Shown: piece after piece, positions 37,905-51,100 of the stretch
Position numbering within the stretch: position 1 is the first letter of the stretch
How the letters are laid out: each line of letters begins with the position of its first letter
Assembly: GCA_002269645.1 (NCBI GenBank)
Contig: NIVC01001859.1
Coordinates: 58,444 to 122,443 of the forward strand
Origin: Macrostomum lignano
Taxonomy: Eukaryota
Reading direction: 5' to 3'
DNA: 64,000 nucleotides
Translations under genes and position numbers: made by a program
The notes under the pieces: model-generated
Told to the model about the DNA's origin: nothing
The model's input: the letters and a program-made list of their open reading frames with translations, nothing else
Database searches by the model: none

Positions 37905-38350
37905 AGCCTCCTTAGTGTGAGAGAGTAAAGCTTCTTGAGGGAGAGAGTAAGGCTTCTTGAGGGAGAGAGTAAGGCATATTGAGGGAGAGAGTAAGGCATA
38001 TTGAGGGAGAGAGTAAGGCATATTGAGGGAGAGAGTAAGGCTTCTTGAGGGAGAGAGTAAGGCTTCTTGAGGGAGAGAGTAAGGCTTCTTGAGGGAGAGA
38101 GTAAGGCATATTGAGGGAGAGAGTAAGGCTTCTTGAGGGAGAGAGTAAGGCTTCTTGAGGGAGAGAGTAAAGCTTCTTGAGGGAGAGAGTAAGGCTTCTT
38201 GAGGGAGAGAGTAAGGCTTCTTGAGGGAGAGAGTAAGGCATATTGAGGGAGAGAGTAAGGCATATTGAGGGAGAGAGTAAGGCTTCTTGAGGGAGAGAGT
38301 AAGGCTTCTTGAGGGAGAGAGTAAGGCTTCTTGAGGGAGAGAGTAAGGCT
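37905..38350. repeat. 22-bp minisatellite (GAGGGAGAGAGTAAGGCTTCTT) upstream of TARBP1
   Basis: Direct reading. Confidence 0.95.
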
Positions 38351-38486
38351 TAAGTTAAATGGCAAGGTTTCTGGAGGTAGAGAGTAAGTCTCCTAAGCGA
38401 TGGAGAATGCCAACTGACGGGTTGGACTAGATTTTTGTTTAAAATTTTCAATAGCTACAGTTTTCCAGAAATCTCTCCGCTAATTC

Positions 38487-41400
38487 ATGCAGCAACAACC
38501 GGCGATCTCCCAGGCTGCGGCCTCATCATCAGTGCTGCTCGGCCAGTTAATCTCCAGCAACAGCCTGGCTTGGCTGGACACGCAGACTCTGCTCAGGCTG
38601 GCGGCCGATCAGCCCGCCGACCAGATTCCCAGCCTCATCTCGGACGCTCGATCGGCCTCGTGTGCCGATCTGCTGGAAATCAACGGGTCAGATCGTCTTC
38701 TTCTAGTAGATGACGACAATGACATCCGTTTGAAGCTGTTCAACCTGCTGGTATCGCTAGCCGACTCAGCCGAACTGGAATCCATGATAGTCGGCCTGGT
38801 TGCTAGGGCGATCGCAGTCGGTTCGTTGTCGGAATTCGACTGCGCCAGATTGTCGGCGATGTACCGTCGTCGACCAGATGTCGGTAGTATTAGTAGAGAG
38901 ATTGAACCGGCAGAGTTTTCCAGGATCTGCCTTGAAGTGCTTCAACTGCCGCGGCTGTTTGCCGCCGTTGCGCCGGCTGGTTCCGATGCCGCCGCTGCTC
39001 TCGAAGGCTGTCTTTGCGGCCTGGCGGCCCGTCTTAGTCGGCTGGATAAAGTTGCCCTAGACGCAGTCGAAGAGGTGGCATCGATAGTTGACGATTCAAA
39101 TCTGACGCTTCGAGCTGTCTGCTGCCTGCCGGAGTCTGTCGAGTTAGCATTGAATAGCAGCCAAGACGGTCGGGAGGTTGCTGAGCTGCTTAGCGGACTG
39201 GCTCGATCGGCCATTGCCGGGGATAATGCCGCTTCTAGGAAACGAGCTCTGTATTTGTTGCGTCGGTTTGGCTCGACGATTAGTTCCGCTTCAAATTGTG
39301 CCACTTCCGGGATCGCTTCCGATAATGCCATCTCCGATGTTGCTTCTGATAACGCCACTTCCGGTCTGGCTTCTAATACTGGCACTTCCGGTCTGGCTTC
39401 TAATACTCGCACTTCCGATCTGGCTTCTAATACTTGCACTTCCGGCGTCGCTTCTAATAATGCCACTTCCGGTCTGGCTTTTAATACTGGCACTTCCGGT
39501 GTCCCTTCTAATAATGCCACTTCCGGTCTGGCTTTTAATACTGGCACTTCCGGTGTCCCTTATAATAACGCCACTTCCGGTCTTGCTTCTAATACTGGCA
39601 CTTCCGGTGTCGCTTCTGGTAACTCTACTTCTGGTATCGCTTCTAATAACGCCACTTCCGGTGTCGCTTCCGCTGCTACCGCCGACAATATCGACAGTTA
39701 CTGGCCAATCTATCTACAACTGTGCGACATCCTTGAGGAGCGCCAGTTGCACCTGATTCGGCCGGGACTTGCCGGATATCATCGACTCCAATCAGCCGTG
39801 GTAGCCGCCAGCGCAACGGCGACTGGGTTGGACTATTCCTGGCTGGCGTGCCTGCTGCGTCGGGCGAGTCGACACGATTGTTTAGCAGTGCGGCGCTGGG
39901 CGGTTGATCGGCTGCTGTTGTTTCCATATGATGAGGCGGCTAAGACTGCCGGGGCAGCTGGGAGGCACAAATTTTTGGCTGCCGTTGAAGATGTAAGCTG
40001 AAGGTGTTCGTCGTCTACGGTGTATTGCCTTGAATTACCAATTAATGGTCTCTTAAATGACCGATTAATGGTCTCTTAAATTACCGATTAATGGTCTCTT
40101 AAATTACCGAATGATGGTCTCTTAAATTACCGAATGATGGTCTCTTAAATTACCGAAGGATGGTCTCTTAAATTACCGATTAATGGTCTCTTAAATTACC
40201 GAATGATGGTCTCTTAAATTACCGAATGATGGTCTCTTAAATTAACGATTAATGGTCTCTTAAATTAACGATTAATGGTCTCTTAAATTACCGTTTAATG
40301 GTCTCTTAAATTACCGATTAATGGTCTCTTAAATTACCGAATGATGGTCTCTTAAATTACCGAATGATGGTCTCTTAAATTACCGAATGATGGTCTCTTA
40401 AATTACCGAATGATGGTCTCTTAAATTAACGATTAATGGTCTCTTAAATTAACGATTAATGGTCTCTTAAATTACCGTTTAATGGTCTCTTAAATTACCG
40501 ATTAATGGTCTCTTAAATTACCGAATGATGGTCTCTTAAATTACCGAATGATGGTCTCTTAAATTACCGAATGATGGTCTCTTAAATTAACGATAAATAG
40601 TCTCTTAAATTACCGAATGATGGTCTCTTAAGTTAACGATAAATGGTCTCTTAAATTAAAGATTAATGGTCCTTTCAATTACCGAATGATGGTCTCTTAA
40701 ATTACCGAATGATGGTCTCTTAAATTACCGAATGATGGTCTTTTAAATTACCGAATGATGGTCTCTTAAATTACCGAATGATGGTCTCTTAAATTACCGA
40801 ATGATGGTCTCTTAAATTAACGATTAATGGTCTCTTAAATTAACGATTAATGGTCTCTTAAATTAACGATTAATGGTCTCTTAAATTACCGTTTAATGGT
40901 CTCTTAAATTACCGATTAATGGTCTCTTAAATTACCGAATGATGGTCTCTTAAATTACCGAATGATGGTCTCTTAAATTACCGAATGATGGTCTCTTAAA
41001 TTAACGATAAATAGTCTCTTAAATTACCGAATGATGGTCTCTTAAGTTAACGATAAATGGTCTCTTAAATTAAAGATTAATGGTCCTTTCAATTACCGAA
41101 TGATGGTCTCTTAAATTACCGAATGATGGTCTCTTAAATTACCTAATGATGGTCTCTTAAATTAAAGATTAATGATCCCTTAAATTAAATATTAATAAGC
41201 CCTTAAATTAACGAATAATGGTCCCTTACATAAACGATTAATGGGCCTTCAATTAATAAATAATAGTCTCCTAAATTAATGATTGATTGTCTTTTAATTA
41301 ATAAATAATTGTCCCTTAAATTTTTGATTAATGGTCTCATAAATTAACGATTAATGGTCTCTTAGAAATTAACGATTAATTGGCCCTTAACTTGACGATA

Positions 41401-44400
41401 ATTGGTTAACAATAATTAAATTACGAATAATAGTCCGTTAAATAAACTATTATTGGCTCCTTGAAATTAACGATTAATTGCCTTTTGAATCAACGAGTGG
41501 TTGTTTGTTAAATAAATTGTTAATGGTTCGTTATATTAACGATTAATGGTCTCCTACATTAGCGAGTGATGGTCTTTTGAATTAATCTGGTCACTGCCAA
41601 TGTACATGGTGCAGAATCCAGTCAATCTGGTCACTCCCAATGTACATGGTGCAGAATCCAGTCAATCTGGTCACTCCCAATGTACATGGTGCAGAATCCA
41701 GTCAATCTGGTCACTCCCAATGTACATGGTGCAGAATCCAGTCAATCTGGTCACTCCCAATGTACATGGTGCAGAATCCAGTCAATCTGGTCACTCCCAA
41801 TGTACATGGTGCAGAATCCAGTCAATCTGGTCACTCCCAATGTACATGGTGCAGAATCCAGTCAATCTGGTCACTCCTAATGTACATGGTGCAGAATCCA
41901 GTCAATCTGGTCACTCCCAATGTACATGGTGCAGAATCCAGTCAATCTGGTCACTCCCAATGTACATGGTGCAGAATCCAGTCAATCTGGTCACTCCCAA
42001 TGTACATGGTGCAGAATCCAGTCAATCTGGTCACTCCCAATGTACATGGTGCAGAATCCAGTCAATCTGGTCACTCCCAATGTACATGGTGCAGAATCCA
42101 GTCAATCTGGTCACTCCCAATGTACATGGTGCAGAATCCAGTCAATCTGGTCACTCCCAATGTACATGGTGCAGAATCCAGTCAATCTGGTCACTCCCAA
42201 TGTACATGGTGCAGAATCCAGTCAATCTGGTCACTCCCAATGTACATAGTGCAGAATCCAGTCAATCTGGTCACTCCCAATGTACATGGTGCAGAATCCA
42301 GTCAATCTGGTCACTCCTAATGTACATGGTGCAGAATCCAGTCAATCTGGTCACTCCCAATGTACATGGTGCAGAATCCAGTCAATCTGGTCACTCCTAA
42401 TGTACATGGTGCAGAATCCAGTCAATCTGGTCACTCCTAATGTACATGGTGCAGAATCCAGTCAATCTGGTCACTCCCAATGTACATGGTGCAGAATCCA
42501 GTCAATCTGGTCACTCCCAATGTACATGGTGCAGAATCCAGTCAATCTGGTCACTCCCAATGTACATGGTGCAGAATCCAGTCAATCTGGTCACTCCTAA
42601 TGTACATGGTGCAGAATCCAGTCAATCTGGTCACTCCCAATGTACATGGTGCAGAATCCAGTCAATCTGGTCACTCCCAATGTACATGGTGCAGAATCCA
42701 GTCAATCTGGTCACTCCTAATGTACATGGTGCAGAATCCAGTCAATCTGGTCACTCCCAATGTACATGGTGCAGAATCCAGTCAATCTGGTCACTCCCAA
42801 TGTACATGGTGCAGAATCCAGTCAATCTGGTCACTCCCAATGTACATGGTGCAGAATCCAGTCAATCTGGTCACTCCCAATGTACATGGTGCAGATTCCA
42901 GTCAATCTGGTCACTCCTAATGTACATGGTGCAGAATCCAGTCAATCTGGTCACTCCCAATGTACATGGTGCAGAATCCAGTCAATCTGGTCACTCCCAA
43001 TGTACATGGTGCAGAATCCAGTCAATCTGGTCACTCCCAATGTACATGGTGCAGAATCCAGTCAATCTGGTCACTCCCAATGTACATGGTGCAGAATCCA
43101 GTCAATCTGGTCACTCCCAATGTACATGGTGCAGAATCCAGTCAATCTGGTCACTCCCAATGTACATGGTGCAGAATCCAGTCAATCTGGTCACTCCCAA
43201 TGTACATGGTGCAGAATCCAGTCAATCTGGTCACTCCCAATGTACATGGTGCAGAATCCAGTCAATCTGGTCACTCCCAATGTACATGGTGCAGGCAGAA
43301 TCCACTAACGATTAATGGTTTTTCTCCCGCAGTTTTTATCCCAATATCTGTGGGACACGCTCAACGATCCGTCGCTGTTCTATGTTATCGAAGATCCCGG
43401 AAGTTCCGCCGGCGCCGCCGCACTTCTTAATTCTGCGGATTCCAGCGTCGAAGATTTTTGTCAGCCTTCAAAATCGTTAGCTAAGTTTATGAGAAGCTTG
43501 GCCAGTATTGAAGGTAATTTTTTATTCTGTTCCTTTATCCATGGTTACAGCCTCCCATAATTTCGTCCTAATTCATCAAAATTGTGATTGCCTTTAATCC
43601 AACCTAATAGCCACCCTAATCCATCCCTAATAACCGCCCTAATCCATCCCTAATAGCCACCCTAATCCATCCCTAATAACCGCCCTAATGCATCCCTAGT
43701 AACCGCCCTAATGCATCCCTAGTAACCGCCCTAATCCATCCCTCAATAACCGCCCTAATCCATCCCTAATAAGCGCCCTAATCCATCCCTAATAACCGCC
43801 CTAATCCATCCCTAATAACCACCCTAATCCATCCCTAATAGCCACCCTAATCCATCCCTAATAACCGCCCTAATGCATCCCTAATAACCGCCCTAATCCA
43901 TCCCTAATAACCGCCCTTATCCATACCTAATAGCCACCCTAATCCACTCCTAATAACCGCCCTTATCCATCCCTTAAAAGCCGCATCATAATCCACCAAT
44001 AATCGCAGGTGTGCAGCCTCTAGAAGAGAACACAATTATAGCGCGCTATTATATTAGACGGAGGTAACATAGTAAATTCTAATAAATTGTTGCCATTGCA
44101 GTGAATTGGACAAATATTCTGCGCAACTTTCCCGGCACTAGCTGGAATTCTACAGCATATCTATTCTGCGCGGAAGCAGCGCATTGTCTGCCAGGCTTGC
44201 CCTGGTCAGCTATGAGCCTCATCTGGTAGGTGATGCTTGAATCACCGATTGATTCAGATGGCCTTTTTTATTATCTTCTCTAACCCCCCGCCCCCACTAC
44301 ACCGGTTCAATGAGAATATTGAAAGCGCCATTTTTTAACCTGAATAAGTTAGTATGCTTTCCATTGTTTTAATAGCTAGTTTTTTCATGTCATCTTTCCC

Positions 44401-44633
44401 CTGGGCTATTGAGCTGAATAGTGTGGAGTATTGGGAGTAACTCATGCTTGAGAGTGCGCGGAATGGGGCTCGCCTCCTCGCGCGCTAGCTGCCCATGTTG
44501 ACCGAGAAATCGTCAATCAGAACCTTGCTTAAAATAAATGAGAAAGTACAGTGCGTTATTACGATCGTAGAACTTTTACGTTCGGTTGGAAAACGTTACA
44601 GACACGCAGACACTAAGACAGACAGACAGACAC

Positions 44634-44664
<31 letters not shown>

Positions 44665-44677
44665 CACAGAGAGACAT

Positions 44678-44736
<59 letters not shown>

Positions 44737-44801
44737 CACAGACACACACAGACAGACAGACAGACAGACACACAGAGAGACAGAAAGACAGACAGACAGA
44801 A

Positions 44802-44858
<57 letters not shown>

Positions 44859-44923
44859 CACAGACACACACAGACAGACAGACAGACAGACACACAGAGA
44901 GACAGAAAGACAGACAGACAGAA

Positions 44924-44978
<55 letters not shown>

Positions 44979-44979
44979 A

Positions 44980-45022
<43 letters not shown>

Positions 45023-45097
45023 GAGAGACAGACAGACAGACAGACAGGCAGACAGACAGACAGACAGAGACAGACAGACAGACACACAGAAAGACAG

Positions 45098-45154
<57 letters not shown>

Positions 45155-48100
45155 TAGATAGATAGATAGATAGACAGACAGACACACAGAGAGACAGACA
45201 GACAGACAGACACACAGAGAGGCAGAAAGACAGACACTAAGAAAGACAGACTCCCTCCCCGCCGCCAGCCAGTCCGTGTCCCGTCACGTGCCCTACTTCT
45301 CCAAGAAGTTCCGCCTGGCCTCGCAGAGCTTCCTGCTGTCTCTATTGCTCGCCGCCGCTCAGCTGAACGGTCCCGAACAGATTAGCGAAATTGCCGAACT
45401 GCAAACACAAGATAAATCGGCAGCTGCGGAGGACAATTTCGGCTGTCTGGTCCGCTGTATGGAGTGCTTCCGATTTGACGAATGCCTGCGGCCGGACGCG
45501 CCCAGTCTGTGGCTGCCTTTGGCTAATCTGTGCCGAACTTGGTCCATTTGTAAACCTATGGAGGCCTGGATTGGCGCTATTGTCACTAGCGATGGTGCGT
45601 TGCTGATGGCCAATTCCCATTTTTAACTGTTTGCCCTCTGCATGCATCATTGTGTAATTGTTCTGCAATCTGTTGGTGACTGACTCTGTGCCTGATATCT
45701 ATTGCTGCTTGCTCACCGCCTCCTTCTCCACCCTCTCCCCTCCGTCCTCTCCGCTCCCCTCTTATCCGCCCTCTCCCTCCGCTCCCCCTCTTATCTGCCC
45801 TCTCCCTCCGCTCCGCCTCTTATCCACCCTCTCCCTCCGCACACCCTCTTATCCACCCTCTCCCTCCGCTCCCCCTCTTATCCACCCTCTCCCTCCGCAC
45901 ACCCTCTTATCCACCCTCTCCCTCCGCTCCCCCTCTTATCCACCCTCTCCCTCCGCACACCCTCTTATCCACCCTCTCCCTCCGCTCTACCTCTTATCCA
46001 CCCTCTCCCTCCGCACACCCTCTTATCCACCCTCTCCCTCCGCTCCGCCTCTTATCCACCCTCTCCCTCCGCACACCCTCTTATCCGCCCTCTCCCTCCG
46101 CTCCCCCTCTTATCCGCCCTCTCCCTCCGCACACCCTCTTATCCACCCTCTCCCTCCGCACACCCTCTTATCCGCCCTCTCCCTCCGCTCCCCCTCTTAT
46201 CCGCCCTCTCCCTCCGCTCCCCCTCTTATCCGCCCTCTCCCTCCGCTCCCCCTCTTATCAACCCTCTCCCTCCGCTCCCCCTCTTATCAACCCTCTCCCT
46301 CAGCTCCCCCTCTTATCCGCCCTCTCCCTCCGCTCCCTCCGCTCCCTCCCTCTTCTCTCCGCCCTCTCATTCCGCTCTTTCCACCTTCCCCGCTCTCTCC
46401 CTCCTCGTCTCTGCTCTCTCTTTTTCTATCCCACTATTCATGCATAGAGCATACAAGTCACTGTAACCTGAAAACCAAACCAAATGCACTGCAGACCTCT
46501 CTGAAACCACTCTGCGTCGCTGCTCACTAGCTGCCTTACTGCTGGCCACCCTGCCCGACCCCATGCGGCCGCTCGCTAAACACCTTCGTTTCGTTGAAGA
46601 GCTGCGCCGCTGTCCCTACATGAGCCGAAAGTGTTCGATTAAACTGGCTCATATTGTCTCGGGCATTGCGGCTGCAAAAACTATCGATCCGGACTCCAAT
46701 GGCCGCATTGATGATAATACTTTGACGGCTAGGCAGTTCTGCACTCGGCACGCTGACGCCATCATAGACCTGATTGGGGCCAGGCTGGATGCTGGAAGTG
46801 TTGACGCGGCTGCAGATCTCGGAGGCGACGTCGATGACGGATGTAGCGGTGCTGTGAGTGCCGAATCAGAGTTGTTTCCTCCTAGATCCTCAGTTGGAGT
46901 CGCTATGCTTTAGATCCCCAGTTGCTGGTCCAGCCTCCCAGAGTGTCAGTTGCTGGGCCAGCCTCCCAGATCCTCAGTTGCTGGGCCAGCCTCCCAGATC
47001 CTCAGTTGCTGGGCCAGCCTCCCAGAGTGTCAGTTGCTGGGCCAGCCTCCCAGATCCTCAGTTGCTAGGCCAGCCTCCCAGATCCCCAGTTGCTAGGCCA
47101 GCCTCCCAGATCCTCAGTTGCTGGGCCAGCCTCCCAGATCCTCAGTTGCTGGGCCAGCCTCCCAGATCCTCAGTTGCTAGGCCAGCCTCCCAGATCCCCA
47201 GTTGCTAGGCCAGCCTCCCAGATCCTCAGTTGCTGGGCCAGCCTCCCAGATCTTCAGTTGCTGGGCCAGCCTCCCAGATCCTCAGTTGCTGGGCCAGCCT
47301 CCCAGATCTTCAGTTGCTGGGCCAGCCTCCCAGATCCTCAGTTGCTGGTCCAGCCTCCCAGAGTGTCAGTTGCTAGGCCAGCCTCCCAGAGTGTCAGTTG
47401 CTGGGCCAGCCTCCCAGATCTTCAGTTGCTGGGCCAGCCTCCCAGATCCTCAGTTGCTGGACCAGCCTCCCAGAGTGTCAGTTACTGGGCCAGCCTCTCA
47501 GAGTGTCAGTTGCTGGTCCAGCCTCCTAGATCCCCAGTTGCTAGGCCAGCCTCTCAGATCCCCAGTGCTAGGCCAGCCTCCCAGATCCTCAGTTGCTAGG
47601 CCAGCCTCCCAGATCCTCAGTTGCTGGGCCAGCCTCCCAGATCCTCAGTTGCTGTGCCAGCCTCCCAGATCCTCAGTTGCTGGGCCAGCCTCCCAGAGTG
47701 TCAGTTGCTGGTCCAGCCTCCTAGATCCCCAGTTGCTAGGCCAGCCTCCCAGATCCCCAGTTGCTGGTCCAGCCTCCTAGATCCCCAGTTGCTAGGCCAG
47801 CCTCCCAGATCCTCAGTTGCTGGGCCAGCCTCCCAGATCCCCAGTTGCTAGGCCAGCCTCCCAGATCCTCAGTTGCTGGGCCAGCCTCCCAGATTCCCAG
47901 TTGCTAGGCCAGCCTCCCAGATCCTCAGTTGCTGGGCCAGCCTCCCAGATCCCCAGTTGCTAGGCCAGCCTCCCAGAGTGTCAGTTGCTGGGCCAGCCTC
48001 CCAGATCTTCAGTTGCTGGGCCAGCCTCCCAGATCTTCAGTTGCTGGGCCAGCCTCCCAGATCCTCGGTTGCTGGGCCACCCCTACCTTACTTTCACTGT

Positions 48101-51100
48101 TTTTACTTTCTTAGGAAAAAAACTAATTAACGCTTAAAATATGTATCCAGTTTCATATTGTTCCGTTTTATTGACCTTTCAGTTGGACCAGCCGGTGCAG
48201 CAGGCTCTGGTGGACACGATGCGTTTTGTTTGCAGTCTGGTGCAACCTTTGAAGCCGTCTGGCTCTAGCAGGCAGTCTTTGCCATTGTCGTTTGCCGACT
48301 TCACCAAGGTAATAAAAAATAAAACTTAGGGTATTTTAGGACACTGGGTATGTCAGATGCAGTCTAAGGGTATTTTAGATTCAGGACACTGGGTATGTCA
48401 GATGCAGTCTAAGGGTATTTTAGATTCAGGACACTGGGTATGTCAGATGCAGTCTAAGGGTATTTTAGATTCAGGACACTGGGGTATGTCAGATGCAGTC
48501 TAAGGGTATTTTAGATTCAGGACACTGGGGTATGTCAGATGCAGTCTAAGGGTATTTTAGATTCAGGACACTGGGGTATGTCAGATGCAGTCTAAGGGTA
48601 TTTTAGATTCAGGACACTGGGGTAAGTCAGATGCAGTCTAAGGGTATTTTAGATTCAGGACACTGGGGTATGTCAGATGCAGTCTAAGGGTATTTTAGAT
48701 TCAGGACACTGGGGTAAGTCAGATGCAGTCTAAGGGTATTTTAGATTCAGGACACTGGGGTAAGTCAGATGCAGTCTAAGGGTATTTTAGATTCAGGACA
48801 CTGGGTATGTCAGATGCAGTCTAAGGGTATTTTAGATTCAGGACACTGGGTATGTCAGATGCAGTCTAAGGGTATTTTAGATTCAGGACACTGGGGTATG
48901 TCAGATGCAGTCTAAGGGTATTTTAGATTCAGGACACTGGGGTATGTCAGATGCAGTCTAAGGGTATTTTAGATTCAGGACACTGGGGTATGTCAGATGC
49001 AGTCTAAGGGTATTTTAGATTCAGGACACTGGGGTAAGTCAGATGCAGTCTAAGGGTATTTTAGATTCAGGACACTGGGGTAAGTCAGATGCAGTCTAAG
49101 GGTATTTTAGATTCAGGACACTTAGCTCCAACTCATGGCCTGAGTTTAATTTAGCTTCCCGCTACAAATTAATATACTGCATGCACAAGGCAGTGTCCTT
49201 GAAGCGCCTTTGCTAGTGAGTTGACATCGAACTTGCCTTTCCCCAACTTTGACCTCAGTATCTGCTTCTTATCAATCCTATCCCATATTATTTTGCATTT
49301 ATTTTTTTCCTTTCAGGAGTTTTCTATGCCGTTGCAAACGTGCCAATTTGTAGGTGAAAGCAAGCGTGCTAAAAATTAGAAAATTATAATCTTTCTCTCT
49401 CAGAGTTTTCGAATCCCAGTTTCGTGTTCAATCCCTTTGAAATTTGTTTCAGCCGAGCCTTCGCAACTGCATCCTGTGGCAATTTTCTGCTCAACTGAAC
49501 TTTTCTACTGACTGGCAATTTCTGCTGTCTCTGCTGCCCAGGTATGCTGTTCCTCTTTCCTGTTGGCTTCGTTCTCTTTAAGCCAGCGGCCCAGGCTCGA
49601 TTCCAAGTGCAGTCACATTAATTTGGGGCTGAATTGGAATCTCGGCTTGGCTCTGCTGGTGCAATTAACGGCCTTGAGTGCCAACCCCCAAGGCGCAGTG
49701 AAGTGTACATGCCTAACGATTTTTTTTTTAGAGGCAGGGGGGTTGTGTGCACCCTGGCGCACTTTAAGCGACATAGGCACACAACCGGCGAGAGGCATTA
49801 CTGCCCATTCCGCCGACTCCCCTGAGCAGGCATACAAGCGCGCGGATACGTACGCAGGCACACACTCACACAGGAGTGTACAGCGGCCCTAACTTTATAC
49901 TCGTATTATCGTTAGGCATGTACACTTCACTGCGCCTTGGGGGGTTGGCTCTCAAGGCCGTTAATTGCACGAGCAGAGCCAAGCCGAGATTCCAATTCAG
50001 CCCCAAATTAATGTGACTGCACTTGGAATCGAGCCTGGGTCGCTGGCACACCAGAGCCTGCGCTACCGCTGGGCTACGGCCCCCCTATGCCTAACGATAG
50101 ATAAAGTATGACTGCGTTCGTATCCTCGCGCTCAAGGGGAGTCGGCGGAATGGGCAGTAATGCCTCTCACCGGTTGTGCGACCATGTCGCTTAAAGTGCG
50201 TCTTTTGTCCGCGGAATCTGCCTCAAAAGATGGCTAAGTGCTGCGGTGCTTTGACAATCGAGTGGACCCTTTAAAACGCTCAGTTTTCAAAGTGTTTTAA
50301 CTCTTTTAATTAAGCAGAGCTAACTAGCTGTCGGATGCGACGCCTAATAGAAAGTAATTTTAGTATGATTTAGATGTGACCTCGAAAATATCGCCCTGAA
50401 AAGCTGCTCTTACCTTAGAAATCGCCCCCACCTTTAGTAATCGCCAACCCCCTTTTAGGAATCGCCCACCCCCTTTTAGGAATCGCCCACCCCCCCTTAG
50501 GAATCGTCCCCCTTTAGGAATCGCCCCACCCCAGCTTTAGGAATGGCCCCTTCCTCCTTCAACTTTAGAAATCGCCCCCTCCCCAACTTTAGGAATCGCC
50601 CTTACATTTAGGAATCGCCCCCCCCCCTTTAGGAATCGCCCCCCCCCCTTTAGGAATCGCCCACCCCCCCCTTAGGAATCGCCCCCCCACTTTTTGGAAT
50701 CACCCCCCTTTAGGAATCGCCCCACCCCAGCTTTAGGATGGCCCCTTCCTCCTTCAACTTTAGAAATCGCCCCTCCCCAACTTTGGGAATCGCCCTTACA
50801 TTTAGGAATCGCCCCCCCTTTAGGAATCGCCCCCCCCCTTTAGGAATCGCCCCACCCCAGCTTTAGGAATGGCCGCTTCCTCCTTCAACTTTAGAAATCG
50901 CCCCCTCCCCTCACCTTTGGAAATCGCCCCCCCCAACTTTAGGAATCGCCTCCACCCCACATTTAGGAATCGCCTCCACCCCACATTTAGGAATCGCCTC
51001 CACCCCACATTTAGGAATCGCCTCCACCCCACATTTAGGAATCGCCTCCACCCCACATTTAGGAATCGCCTCCACCCCACATTTAGGAATCGCCTCCACC

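Noticed and set aside
40020-41570. GGTCTCTTA in the 23-bp unit resembles part of the Macrostomum spliced leader as I recall it
   Set aside because: Only a 9-nt match from memory; no donor, Sm site or SL RNA structure.
41600-43315. Long repetitive ORFs ([17 protein letters not shown]...)
   Set aside because: A 40-bp unit cycling through frames inside a TARBP1 intron; no evidence of coding.
49404-49452. In-frame TGA before TARBP1 exon 49453 as selenocysteine or readthrough
   Set aside because: A canonical acceptor at 49451-49452 bypasses it, and no SECIS was recognised.
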